Below, piece after piece: positions 42,494-51,012 of a stretch of DNA of 64,000 nucleotides. The notes under the pieces were generated by a model. That model saw nothing but the letters and a program-made list of their open reading frames with translations. It was not told where the DNA came from and did not search any database. How positions within the stretch are numbered: position 1 is the stretch's first letter; the number at the start of each line of letters is the position of its first letter. The translations under genes were made by a program, and so were the position numbers. The stretch spans positions 1 through 64,000 of IMG/VR virus record IMGVR_UViG_3300042391_000634. One strand, 5' to 3'.

Positions 42494-42937
42494 ATGAAAC
42501 TAATGGACCTGTTAACTGAGAATACTAATGAACCAAGAGTTGTATATTTTAATACTCCCGATGGTTATAGTGGTTCACCGGAAGACCATAAGATGATTAA
42601 GAAGATGAAAACCATCTATAAGGCCCTATCTAAGGGTCGTGGTGAGGTTCAGGTACATCATGGTGATAATTACCCTCCCCTTGATTTATCCTACGAATTA
42701 CCCCCTTTAAACACCGTTGCAATCCTTATTGACTATCCCACTAAGAAACAACTTAAGAATGGTGCCGAAATTGCTTATACGTTTGATGTTGTCGGTAAGG
42801 TGAAATACACCCTCCATAACTTTGAAACACAACGAGATACCGATATTGATAGATTTATGATGCATAAGGGACATGAAATATCGTTTGTCTATAAAAAGAG
42901 ATTTGAAGACTTTGATATTGGTATCACCAGTTCTTAA
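42494..42937 (+). CDS. CTS-like leader (MKLMDLLTEN) plus one KALKKG domain
   Basis: TATTTATA at 42483; KKMKTIYKALSKG...YKKRFEDFDI. Confidence 0.7.
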   Translation: MKLMDLLTENTNEPRVVYFNTPDGYSGSPEDHKMIKKMKTIYKALSKGRGEVQVHHGDNYPPLDLSYELPPLNTVAILIDYPTKKQLKNGAEIAYTFDVVGKVKYTLHNFETQRDTDIDRFMMHKGHEISFVYKKRFEDFDIGITSS

Positions 42938-42978
42938 ACCACCCGAGGAACTCTTGGTTTACAATATATTTATATAAC

Positions 42979-43965
42979 ATGAAAGTATTAATCTCAGAAC
43001 AACAACTAAAACGTATTATAACGGAACAATCATCAGGTGGTTTAATACCATCATTAGGTTATAAAATAATAAATGATATTGAACATACCTATTCATTCAC
43101 CACTTCTGATGGAAAGGTTAGTGGTGGAAATTACAATGGAAAAGAAAAAGAAAGTAATATAAGTGAATATATCAATAATACCATCGGGTTAGATAGTTGG
43201 AATAAATTAAACGATTTATTTAAAGTGCAATTATACTCCTACATGTATCAACACGATTCTGGTGATGGTGGAATGAGAATGTGGTGGATTGCCGGTCTTG
43301 CACAAGCAATTGATTCTAATATTAAAAGACCCCTAATCGGTAAAAAACCTTTGACCGATCCTAACGTGGTTAATGCAATTAAAATAATTAAAGATGCTTG
43401 TAAAAATAACACCATTAATTCATATTATAAACAATGGTTAACTGTTGTCGACAATCAAATGAGTGGTACTGGTAGTCAACACCCCGATAACTATAAAAAC
43501 GTTTGGAAGAATAGACCGAGAGCTATTGAACGTCTAATGAGTGGAGAAAAATGGGATGTGGTTAAAAAAGAATTTAATTCTACAGTTATAAGTGAACCTA
43601 AAAAATCTGTAGATGTTAAAACAACTCCTGTTGACAAACCTAATAATACCCCTATAATCAATTCTAAGACCATTTCTATTAAGTCAGTAGATTTATCTAC
43701 ATTCTTAACCGATATTAAGACAGAAACCCTTAATAAGACACTTGATTTGAATTCTGCAGTTATTGATGTGGATAATCTCTCATTGACCGTTAAATCATCC
43801 GATAAGGGTGTGTTGGTTAAAAAGTTGGTTCTTACCCTATCTACACAGGCAGATGGTAATACTGCGGCCGATAATGTCTTGGGTAAAAATCCTGGTTCTA
43901 AGGTTGTCTCTAAAGGTAAGTTTGAAAGTGGTAAAAGAACATACCATTTGATTGCAATAATCTAA
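42979..43965 (+). CDS. Leader-bearing hypothetical protein (MKVLISEQQLKRIITE)
   Basis: TATTTATA at 42967; 328 aa. Confidence 0.65.
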   Translation: MKVLISEQQLKRIITEQSSGGLIPSLGYKIINDIEHTYSFTTSDGKVSGGNYNGKEKESNISEYINNTIGLDSWNKLNDLFKVQLYSYMYQHDSGDGGMRMWWIAGLAQAIDSNIKRPLIGKKPLTDPNVVNAIKIIKDACKNNTINSYYKQWLTVVDNQMSGTGSQHPDNYKNVWKNRPRAIERLMSGEKWDVVKKEFNSTVISEPKKSVDVKTTPVDKPNNTPIINSKTISIKSVDLSTFLTDIKTETLNKTLDLNSAVIDVDNLSLTVKSSDKGVLVKKLVLTLSTQADGNTAADNVLGKNPGSKVVSKGKFESGKRTYHLIAII

Positions 43966-44069
43966 CCTCGTATACCCCCGTTCACAAGTTTCCGACGCCG
44001 GAACCCCCATTGAAATTTGTCCCTCTCTTTTTGTGTCCGTTAATAATAGTGGGATATTTATATGTGTAT

Positions 44070-45380
44070 ATGAAATTAATTGATATTATATTTGAGAGTG
44101 TTGTTGATTTATCTGAAGTAGTAACTAAAGATGAGTTTATTAAAAGGGCACAACAAGTTCATAAGGATGAAAACGGTAATCCAAAATATAGATATAACAA
44201 TGTTATTTATAAGAACACTAGAGTTCCTATAACTGTTACATGTCCAAAACATGGAGACTTTACGGTGTCTCCTGATAATCACACAAGAGGTAGAGGTTGT
44301 AAAATGTGTGGATATGAAAGTACATCTAAAAAGAAAAGAATGACAAAAGATGAGTTTGTTAAAAAAGCACAACAAGTTCATAAGGATGAAAACGGAAACC
44401 CTTCATACAATTACGATAAGGTAAATTATACAACAGGTAGAGTAAAAGTTCCTATCACATGCCCAATACACGGAGATTTTCTTATTGCACCTAATAGTCA
44501 TTTAGCCAATCATGGATGTCCAAAATGTGGATGGAAAAGGTTGGCACTAGTTAAATCTGATACTAAAGACAATTTCGTTAAAAAAGCGGAACAAATTCAT
44601 AAAGATGAGAATGGAAACCCCATGTATGTTTATAATGACGTAACTTATAAAAATGCCATGACAAAGGTCGATATTACTTGTCCAATACATGGAAATTTTA
44701 ATATGAGTCCAAATGCACATTTAGTGGGTCAAAAATGTCCAAAGTGTTCATTAATCAATAGGTCTAATTTAAGGAGATTCACAAAAGATGAGTTTATTAA
44801 AAGAGCACAACAATCAAATAAAGACGATAATGGAAATCCACTATACACATATGATAATGTAAATTATCATAATACTACTGAGAAAGTGAATATTACTTGT
44901 CCTATACACGGAGATTTTCTAATGTCACCTCAATCTCACTTAATAGGTTCAGGATGTTCTAAATGTAGTGAATCAAAAGGGGAGAAATCAATTAGAAAAC
45001 ATTTAAAAGAAATGAATATCACATTTAACTCACAAGAGAGATTTGGTAGTTGTTTTTCTGTAGGAGAAAAAAGTAAAAGATGTTATAAACTTCCTTTTGA
45101 CTTTTTCATACCAAACATAAAAACCGCAATTGAGGTCGATGGTACTCCACATTTCCAACCTAAATTCGGAGAGGAACAACTTAACTCAACAATATTCAAC
45201 GATAAAATAAAAAATAAATTTGTTAAATCGTCTAATCAAATTAATAAATTAATTAGGTTATATTATGATGGAAAAAATATGGATGAATTAATTTCAGAAT
45301 TAAATCGTCTTCTCAAAGAAAAAACATCTAACAAAATAGTTTTATCTAAAGGTTACCCTAAAGGGGGTTGGAACAAATAA
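44070..45380 (+). CDS. Leader plus four DUF723-like CPxHG repeats plus PD-(D/E)XK (Vsr/DUF559-like) endonuclease
   Basis: F...AQQ.HKDENGNP.Y.Y..V.Y.....V.ITCP.HG.F...P..H..G.GC.KC x4; SKGEK.I, LPFDFFIP....AIEVDG..HF. Confidence 0.8.
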   Translation: MKLIDIIFESVVDLSEVVTKDEFIKRAQQVHKDENGNPKYRYNNVIYKNTRVPITVTCPKHGDFTVSPDNHTRGRGCKMCGYESTSKKKRMTKDEFVKKAQQVHKDENGNPSYNYDKVNYTTGRVKVPITCPIHGDFLIAPNSHLANHGCPKCGWKRLALVKSDTKDNFVKKAEQIHKDENGNPMYVYNDVTYKNAMTKVDITCPIHGNFNMSPNAHLVGQKCPKCSLINRSNLRRFTKDEFIKRAQQSNKDDNGNPLYTYDNVNYHNTTEKVNITCPIHGDFLMSPQSHLIGSGCSKCSESKGEKSIRKHLKEMNITFNSQERFGSCFSVGEKSKRCYKLPFDFFIPNIKTAIEVDGTPHFQPKFGEEQLNSTIFNDKIKNKFVKSSNQINKLIRLYYDGKNMDELISELNRLLKEKTSNKIVLSKGYPKGGWNK

Positions 45381-45662
45381 TTAACCAATACTAATACTCT
45401 TAATATCTCTAATTGAGATATTCTTTAATTTTAATGTTCCGTGAGCAAATGGAATGAACTTACCTGACTGTTGAAAGTGCATAAAGACGTAATAGAGGTA
45501 TTGTGGGTCCAAGACATCAGTTTGTATTACCTTAACCCCGATACGTTCAGAATCGAACTCTTTTACAGGCATACCGACGGTTTTATCCGATCCCTTTCTA
45601 ACCAACCAAAAATCCGCTTCGGGAAAGTTGATTTTAAATTCACATAAATCTCCTAATGTCAT
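45381..45662 (-). CDS. Small protein resembling a Type I R-M specificity (HsdS) fragment
   Basis: MTLGDLCE...LDPQYLYYVF......G....GT..LKNISIRDIKSISI; TATTTAT directly upstream on the minus strand. Confidence 0.45.
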   Translation of the reverse strand: MTLGDLCEFKINFPEADFWLVRKGSDKTVGMPVKEFDSERIGVKVIQTDVLDPQYLYYVFMHFQQSGKFIPFAHGTLKLKNISIRDIKSISIG

Positions 45663-45692
45663 AATCATAAATATCTGGTATTTATATACAGT

Positions 45693-46784
45693 ATGAAAAT
45701 TATTATAACGGAGGAACAACTTAACAATATAATATCTGAACACGGATATGGTAGTAAACCTTTACCACAAGAAGAGGTGGATAAAAGATTATTGAAAGCA
45801 AAGAAGGTCGCCGTTAAATTTCCAAACCCAAGACAATTCTCATTAAAATACCCCAACTTATGGAATTTTCTTAGAAGTAAAGGATTACTTGATGATGTGT
45901 TCCCTAATAGAAAATTATACAAAAATGATGGTTATTGGACCCCCGAGACGATATCACAAGAAGCAAGTAAGTATAACACTAAAACTGAATTTTTGAGGTC
46001 TAATCAAGTTGCATATAAAAAGGCGGTTGAGTTAGGTATATTAAACGATTTAATACCTATAGATGGTAGATATGGTTCGTCTGGTAATAAAAAGAAATGG
46101 ACATTGGAAAAATCAATTCAGGTTGCAAAAGAATTTGAAGGGACAAAGACAGAATTTTGGAAAAAACATCCAGCAGCAACATTGGAGTTGAGAAGAAACA
46201 ATTTATTGAAATCTATATTTCCTGACGATAAACGAAAAGGTGATGATGATATATTGATAAATCAAGCAAAAGAATATGAAAATAGATCGGTATTAAGACG
46301 TGATAATCCATCTTTATATAGTAAGTTAGTGATTAGAGGGATGTTATATGATGTATTTCCAAAAGTAGAAATGACCGCCGATGAGATTATTACAAAGGCT
46401 AAAGAATATGAAACACCAACTGAATTATCAAAAGGTAATCAAAATTTATATTTAAAATTAAAAAAAATACCGAATGGTTATGAATTGGCGTTCGGTAAAG
46501 AATATAAATACAAAAAATTATTTGACATTGCGAAACAATACCAAAACAAATATGAATTACTTAAGGGTAATGCGTATGTATATAATAATTTGGAAAAATT
46601 GGGATTATTAAATAAAGCATATGGTATTGAACCAATTGAAAAATTATCCTTAACAAACACATTTAATAAAATTAATCCTGAACCAAAACGAAAGGATAAA
46701 ACAAATAGTAAAATAAAATCATATGAGGATAAAACTACAAAAGAAAAAATGGAATTAATAAGACAATTACGTAGTAAAAATTAA
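45693..46784 (+). CDS. Leader plus tandem helical repeats of the type found in 46935-48152; no nuclease motif seen
   Basis: WT.E....A.KY.TK.EF...N..AY..A...G.L repeated about six times. Confidence 0.65.
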   Translation: MKIIITEEQLNNIISEHGYGSKPLPQEEVDKRLLKAKKVAVKFPNPRQFSLKYPNLWNFLRSKGLLDDVFPNRKLYKNDGYWTPETISQEASKYNTKTEFLRSNQVAYKKAVELGILNDLIPIDGRYGSSGNKKKWTLEKSIQVAKEFEGTKTEFWKKHPAATLELRRNNLLKSIFPDDKRKGDDDILINQAKEYENRSVLRRDNPSLYSKLVIRGMLYDVFPKVEMTADEIITKAKEYETPTELSKGNQNLYLKLKKIPNGYELAFGKEYKYKKLFDIAKQYQNKYELLKGNAYVYNNLEKLGLLNKAYGIEPIEKLSLTNTFNKINPEPKRKDKTNSKIKSYEDKTTKEKMELIRQLRSKN

Positions 46785-46879
46785 ATAGTTTTTCTATAAA
46801 AATTAGATATTTATTAATATACTAGTATTAAATAACTAGATATAAAGAATTAGAATACCAGTTTATACTGGGTAAAACC

Positions 46880-46905
46880 AATCCTCTCCGTTGAGAGGTT
46901 TTTTT
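46880..46905 (+). terminator. Intrinsic terminator
   Basis: CCTCTC-CGTT-GAGAGG followed by a T tract. Confidence 0.7.
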
Positions 46906-46934
46906 ATTTATATAATCGATATTTATATGTGTAT

Positions 46935-48152
46935 ATGAAATTATTAGACATTATATTTGAAAATAAACCTCGTAATGAAAAATCAGATGAAGATTTAAAA
47001 AGAGAGTTGATAAGTAGTCCGAATACAACTGGATTAACATTTGATAATGCTAAATTTATATATAACTCACAACAAAAAAGATATCAAATAACAAATTATT
47101 CTTGTAAATCACACCCCACGTGGTTCAAAGATGGATGGTCCAGAGTAAGTCAAGTTATGGATGGTAGAGCCACATGTGCGGAATGTGCGAAATTAAAACA
47201 AAGGAACAGGCTTGATAAAGAAAGATTAGAAAAAAATGAATTAATAAAAAAATTAGCAGAAAAATACGGTGACCAATTTAAAGAAAAAGAACCCTTATTA
47301 TATGCTGACGGTATTGCAAATAAAATTATTGAACCAAAAAGAAAAAGACCAGGTGAATGGACGGCGAAGGAGATTGAGGATATTGCAGATAACTACACAG
47401 ACTTAAACGATTTTTTTAATAAAGAAAATGCGGCGTATCAAATGGCAGTTAAAATGGGAATAAAAGACCATATAGTTGCACATATGAGTCTTAAAAGACG
47501 TAATTTATCATTTGAAGATATACAAAAAATGGCCGAACCTTTTAAACATAAAATTGAATTTTCAAGAAACGATCCTGCGGCCTATAGAACGGCATATGAC
47601 AATGGGTGGATTGATAAAATTAAAGAGTGGATACCATTAGGTAATAAAGAAAAAAGAATGGTTTACGCTTATGAATTTTATGATAAAAAAGGAAATCCAT
47701 TAGCGATATATGTTGGTTTAACATTAAATGAAGATAGAAGAGGTAAAGAACATAGGGGTCAATGGGTTTCCCGTTCTGGAAAAGAATCTCCGGTTTATAG
47801 ATATATTATAGATAATAAGTTAAAACCAATTTATAAAGTATTGTCAAATGGATACATTCCTTACAAAGAAGCCATTGATATGGAATGTTATTATCAAAAT
47901 GATTTTTATAAAAAAGACAAACACGAAGATGGTTCTTTAGTTTGGAAACCTTTACATAGTGTAAAATGTGGTGGTCTCGGAGGATTCATAAAATGGACTG
48001 AAGAAAAATTAAGAAAGGAAGTGTCAAAATATGAAACACTAAAAGATTTTACCAAATATTCTGGTGGAGCCCCAAGTGCAGCAAAACGATTGGGTATATA
48101 TTATGATTTAATAAAAAATTTAAGTAGAAGGGGAAATATTAATATAAAATAA
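46935..48152 (+). CDS. Leader plus GIY-YIG homing-endonuclease-like protein with helical repeats
   Basis: RMVYAYEF......AIYVGLT....RR..EH...E.Y; C-x2-C; AAY..A...G repeats. Confidence 0.75.
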   Translation: MKLLDIIFENKPRNEKSDEDLKRELISSPNTTGLTFDNAKFIYNSQQKRYQITNYSCKSHPTWFKDGWSRVSQVMDGRATCAECAKLKQRNRLDKERLEKNELIKKLAEKYGDQFKEKEPLLYADGIANKIIEPKRKRPGEWTAKEIEDIADNYTDLNDFFNKENAAYQMAVKMGIKDHIVAHMSLKRRNLSFEDIQKMAEPFKHKIEFSRNDPAAYRTAYDNGWIDKIKEWIPLGNKEKRMVYAYEFYDKKGNPLAIYVGLTLNEDRRGKEHRGQWVSRSGKESPVYRYIIDNKLKPIYKVLSNGYIPYKEAIDMECYYQNDFYKKDKHEDGSLVWKPLHSVKCGGLGGFIKWTEEKLRKEVSKYETLKDFTKYSGGAPSAAKRLGIYYDLIKNLSRRGNINIK

Positions 48153-48154
48153 TA

Positions 48155-48676
48155 ATGAAACTACAAGACATATTATTAGAGAAGTTAAGGGACATGGTGT
48201 CAATCCCAATCTACCATCATACCACAGAAGAACGTGCTTTAGGTATTATGAATAGTAATATGTTGACAGGGTCAAAACAATATGAGGAGGTTTTAAATTT
48301 AGATAGGGTATTAAAACAATCCAAACATAAAACAATGGTTTCTTTTACTCGTGATAAGAACTTTATACCGGATGGGTCTATTGGCAATTCTGGTGACGGT
48401 CCTCGTATTAAACCCGATATGTTGAACGTAATCTTTGTTGCAGATAGAAGTCGTCTTAAAACACGTTATAGAGTGGTTCCATTTGATTATGGAACAATTG
48501 CAAATAAAGCATGGATGGACGAAATACCTCGTAGTCGTAAAAATCCAGAAGTGGAGGAAAGAGTATTAACTGATAGAATATATCCATTAAGACAATATCT
48601 TACAAACATCATTTATACAGGTCAAGATCCTGAGGTACAAAAGAAGATAGATGAATATCTATCTGGAATTAAGTAA
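48155..48676 (+). CDS. Leader (MKLQDILLE) plus ADP-ribosyltransferase-like domain
   Basis: PIYHHTT...ALGIM.SN.L, VSFTRDK, E.EERV: an H-x-T / S-x-T / E-x-E pattern. Confidence 0.55.
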   Translation: MKLQDILLEKLRDMVSIPIYHHTTEERALGIMNSNMLTGSKQYEEVLNLDRVLKQSKHKTMVSFTRDKNFIPDGSIGNSGDGPRIKPDMLNVIFVADRSRLKTRYRVVPFDYGTIANKAWMDEIPRSRKNPEVEERVLTDRIYPLRQYLTNIIYTGQDPEVQKKIDEYLSGIK

Positions 48677-48688
48677 TATTTATATCTA

Positions 48689-50101
48689 ATGAAGCTTCAG
48701 GTAACAGAATCACAATTAAAACTTATTGAACAACAACAGTTAAATGAACTGAAGTGGTTGGGTGATATTAAATCACACATTCATAGATTAGACATACCTT
48801 TAACTCCGTCCTTTGTAAATTATATTTGGGGTAAACAAAGAGTCACAACGTTTCATATTGGAGATGTTAACGGTATAGATAAGGTGGGTGAAATGGTCGG
48901 AACAAGAAAATCATTATCCACATTTAGATTTATGGAAAAGTATATGTTGAAGGACATTAAAGGTATACAGACTGAAGGTGGAATTATATATCAAATAGAA
49001 GGAGATTTACAATTTGATGCTCCAACTGACATTATGAGTACGCCAGACGAATCGGGAAGAAGATGGATTACAATACACACATTACCAATTGAATTTGTTG
49101 AAAAATTTTATGGTGAATTTAAAAAACACAATAAGTTTAATTATATAAACGAACCAAAAGATTTAATTAGTTATTATAGGTGGATTGATGGATTTATTAG
49201 GGACCACGCAAAAGAAATTCGAGAACATTTTACCGACATCAAGAAAAATAGAGGAGATAGAGAAAGTACGTGGAACGAGACAGTTGTAAATAATATCCAA
49301 ATTAAAGATATTCTTTGGAGAGAATCAATTGTTGCATTTTTAGAAACATGGGAGACTACAGAACAAAAAATAAAAGTAATACAAGAGATTGGAACCAAAT
49401 TAAGTTCAATTGCCACCGGAGATGTTTATTTATCTGATGGTAAAGGAACGTTTGGTTTTAGAGATATTAACCCCATAAAATGGGTTGAACGAAGGGGAGG
49501 GTTAACCGATTTTAAAAAATACGTTAAAAAATTCCACGTAGATAGGGAACCAAGAACTATACATATTAACGAAGATAAACCAAACCCAAACAATCCACCA
49601 TTTGAGAAACGAATTGAGGGGGGTATTTTAAGTACACCCGATAAACCTGTTGATAATACTGCTTGTGTTATTTTTGGTGGAGTTAGTTATGCGACACCTA
49701 AATGGATGTTAAGTCAAATGCCACAAGAACTAAAAGATAAAAAAACAATTTTAGTATTACCATATACAAGTGATATAACACAAGCAAAAAGAATATTGGG
49801 TAAAACGTCCATAAAATCTGTTTTAGGTTTTAGTCAAGGTGGACTTAAAGCGTGGCCAGCAAGTGGTGAATATGAGTTTGTTGGGTTAATTGATCCAACA
49901 ACAAAAGAAGATTCACTTAGATACCACATTAATGATAAAAGGGTTCATATGATTTATAACCCGTCTGGTTGGGGATTTCCTGAAGTTGTTAAATGTCAGA
50001 AAAAAGCGGCAAAAATAATGTTAGGTAATGCAATATTACTTAATATAGGACATAGTGAAATGCCGGCTGAATTCTTTAAAAGATTTGGAAATTACCTTTA
50101 A
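48689..50101 (+). CDS. Leader plus two-domain protein; C-terminal alpha/beta-hydrolase-like domain
   Basis: TATTTATA at 48677; INED linker; nucleophile elbow LGFSQGG; C-terminal His in GHSEMP. Confidence 0.55.
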   Translation: MKLQVTESQLKLIEQQQLNELKWLGDIKSHIHRLDIPLTPSFVNYIWGKQRVTTFHIGDVNGIDKVGEMVGTRKSLSTFRFMEKYMLKDIKGIQTEGGIIYQIEGDLQFDAPTDIMSTPDESGRRWITIHTLPIEFVEKFYGEFKKHNKFNYINEPKDLISYYRWIDGFIRDHAKEIREHFTDIKKNRGDRESTWNETVVNNIQIKDILWRESIVAFLETWETTEQKIKVIQEIGTKLSSIATGDVYLSDGKGTFGFRDINPIKWVERRGGLTDFKKYVKKFHVDREPRTIHINEDKPNPNNPPFEKRIEGGILSTPDKPVDNTACVIFGGVSYATPKWMLSQMPQELKDKKTILVLPYTSDITQAKRILGKTSIKSVLGFSQGGLKAWPASGEYEFVGLIDPTTKEDSLRYHINDKRVHMIYNPSGWGFPEVVKCQKKAAKIMLGNAILLNIGHSEMPAEFFKRFGNYL

Positions 50102-50643
50102 CTAAGAGAACTTAATGCTCTTGATAATAAACTCTTAACTTTTTTTGCGTAATTGTTTGTTCCACAAGATGGTGGTATACAATAGATACGATTTAACTTG
50201 GCAACGTATTGGTCTTTAGACAAATTAGATAACTTATTGTAATCTTGCCACATTTTATAGTCTTTTACCGAATCTTGCCAATTATCGAAACTAGCATGAC
50301 CCCTATTCGGACCTTTAGATAATGTCTGTCTTTGTCTTGGATGTTTCATCCCAAACAGGTTGTTATTATCTAAAAATATACCACTTTTAAAATATCCAGT
50401 TTCCAACATAGATTGAGCCATTGCAACATCTGGATACATAACTCCTTGATTTTTAAGTTCTTGTCCTAAGTTTTTCTCAGAAAATGGTAAAGGACCTTCT
50501 TCGGTTTTCTTCTGTTTCTTTTGTTCAGGAGAGGTTAGTTCCTTATATTTATCATAAACATACTTACCAATTTGAATTGGATTAACGATTTGTTCATTAA
50601 TCATCTTTTCAAGGTCTTTTTGTTTAATTTTAATAATTTTCAT
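50098..50643 (-). CDS. Leader plus glucosaminidase (GH73-like peptidoglycan hydrolase)
   Basis: VAMAQSMLETGYF.S.....NNNLFGMK...GHASFDNWQDSVKDY; leader ends MINEQ. Confidence 0.8.
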   Translation of the reverse strand: MKIIKIKQKDLEKMINEQIVNPIQIGKYVYDKYKELTSPEQKKQKKTEEGPLPFSEKNLGQELKNQGVMYPDVAMAQSMLETGYFKSGIFLDNNNLFGMKHPRQRQTLSKGPNRGHASFDNWQDSVKDYKMWQDYNKLSNLSKDQYVAKLNRIYCIPPSCGTNNYAKKVKSLLSRALSSLS

Positions 50644-50697
50644 CTATTTTATAAATATTCACAAAATGTTCGATATTTATATAAAAACACAAAAACA

Positions 50698-50895
50698 ATG
50701 GAAGAGAAAACATTTATTGCAATTACCTTACCTGGAGAAAGTACCCCAGCTATTGGAACTGAACACATTACAAATAGAGAAGATGCAATTGCTTGGTTGG
50801 AAACACACCAAGAATTCATTCCTAACGCCGAAGGTTCAGAACTTGAAGCAAGTAGCAAGTATATTCTTTTAGAGAGACACGCACCAACGGCTTAA
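50698..50895 (+). CDS. Small hypothetical protein
   Basis: Start MEEKTF; upstream ATTTATATAAAAACACAAAAA is also found before 55648. Confidence 0.6.
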   Translation: MEEKTFIAITLPGESTPAIGTEHITNREDAIAWLETHQEFIPNAEGSELEASSKYILLERHAPTA

Positions 50896-50961
50896 TTTAG
50901 ATAATATATTAAAAAATTATAATAAGAACCCTCTCCTGAGGGTTTTTTTTGTAAAAATATT

Positions 50962-50992
50962 TTTGAAATATTCTAAAATATACATATCTTTG
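50962..50992 (+). promoter_or_regulatory. Bacteroidota-type promoter
   Basis: TTTG 50962-50965, 19-nt spacer, TATCTTTG 50985-50992. Confidence 0.7.
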
Positions 50993-51012
50993 TTCTATCA
51001 AATTAAAAATAT

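Noticed and set aside
44070-48152. Group I introns or inteins hosting the endonuclease genes
   Set aside because: The nucleases are free-standing with their own promoter motifs; no interrupted host gene or recognisable intron core flanks them.
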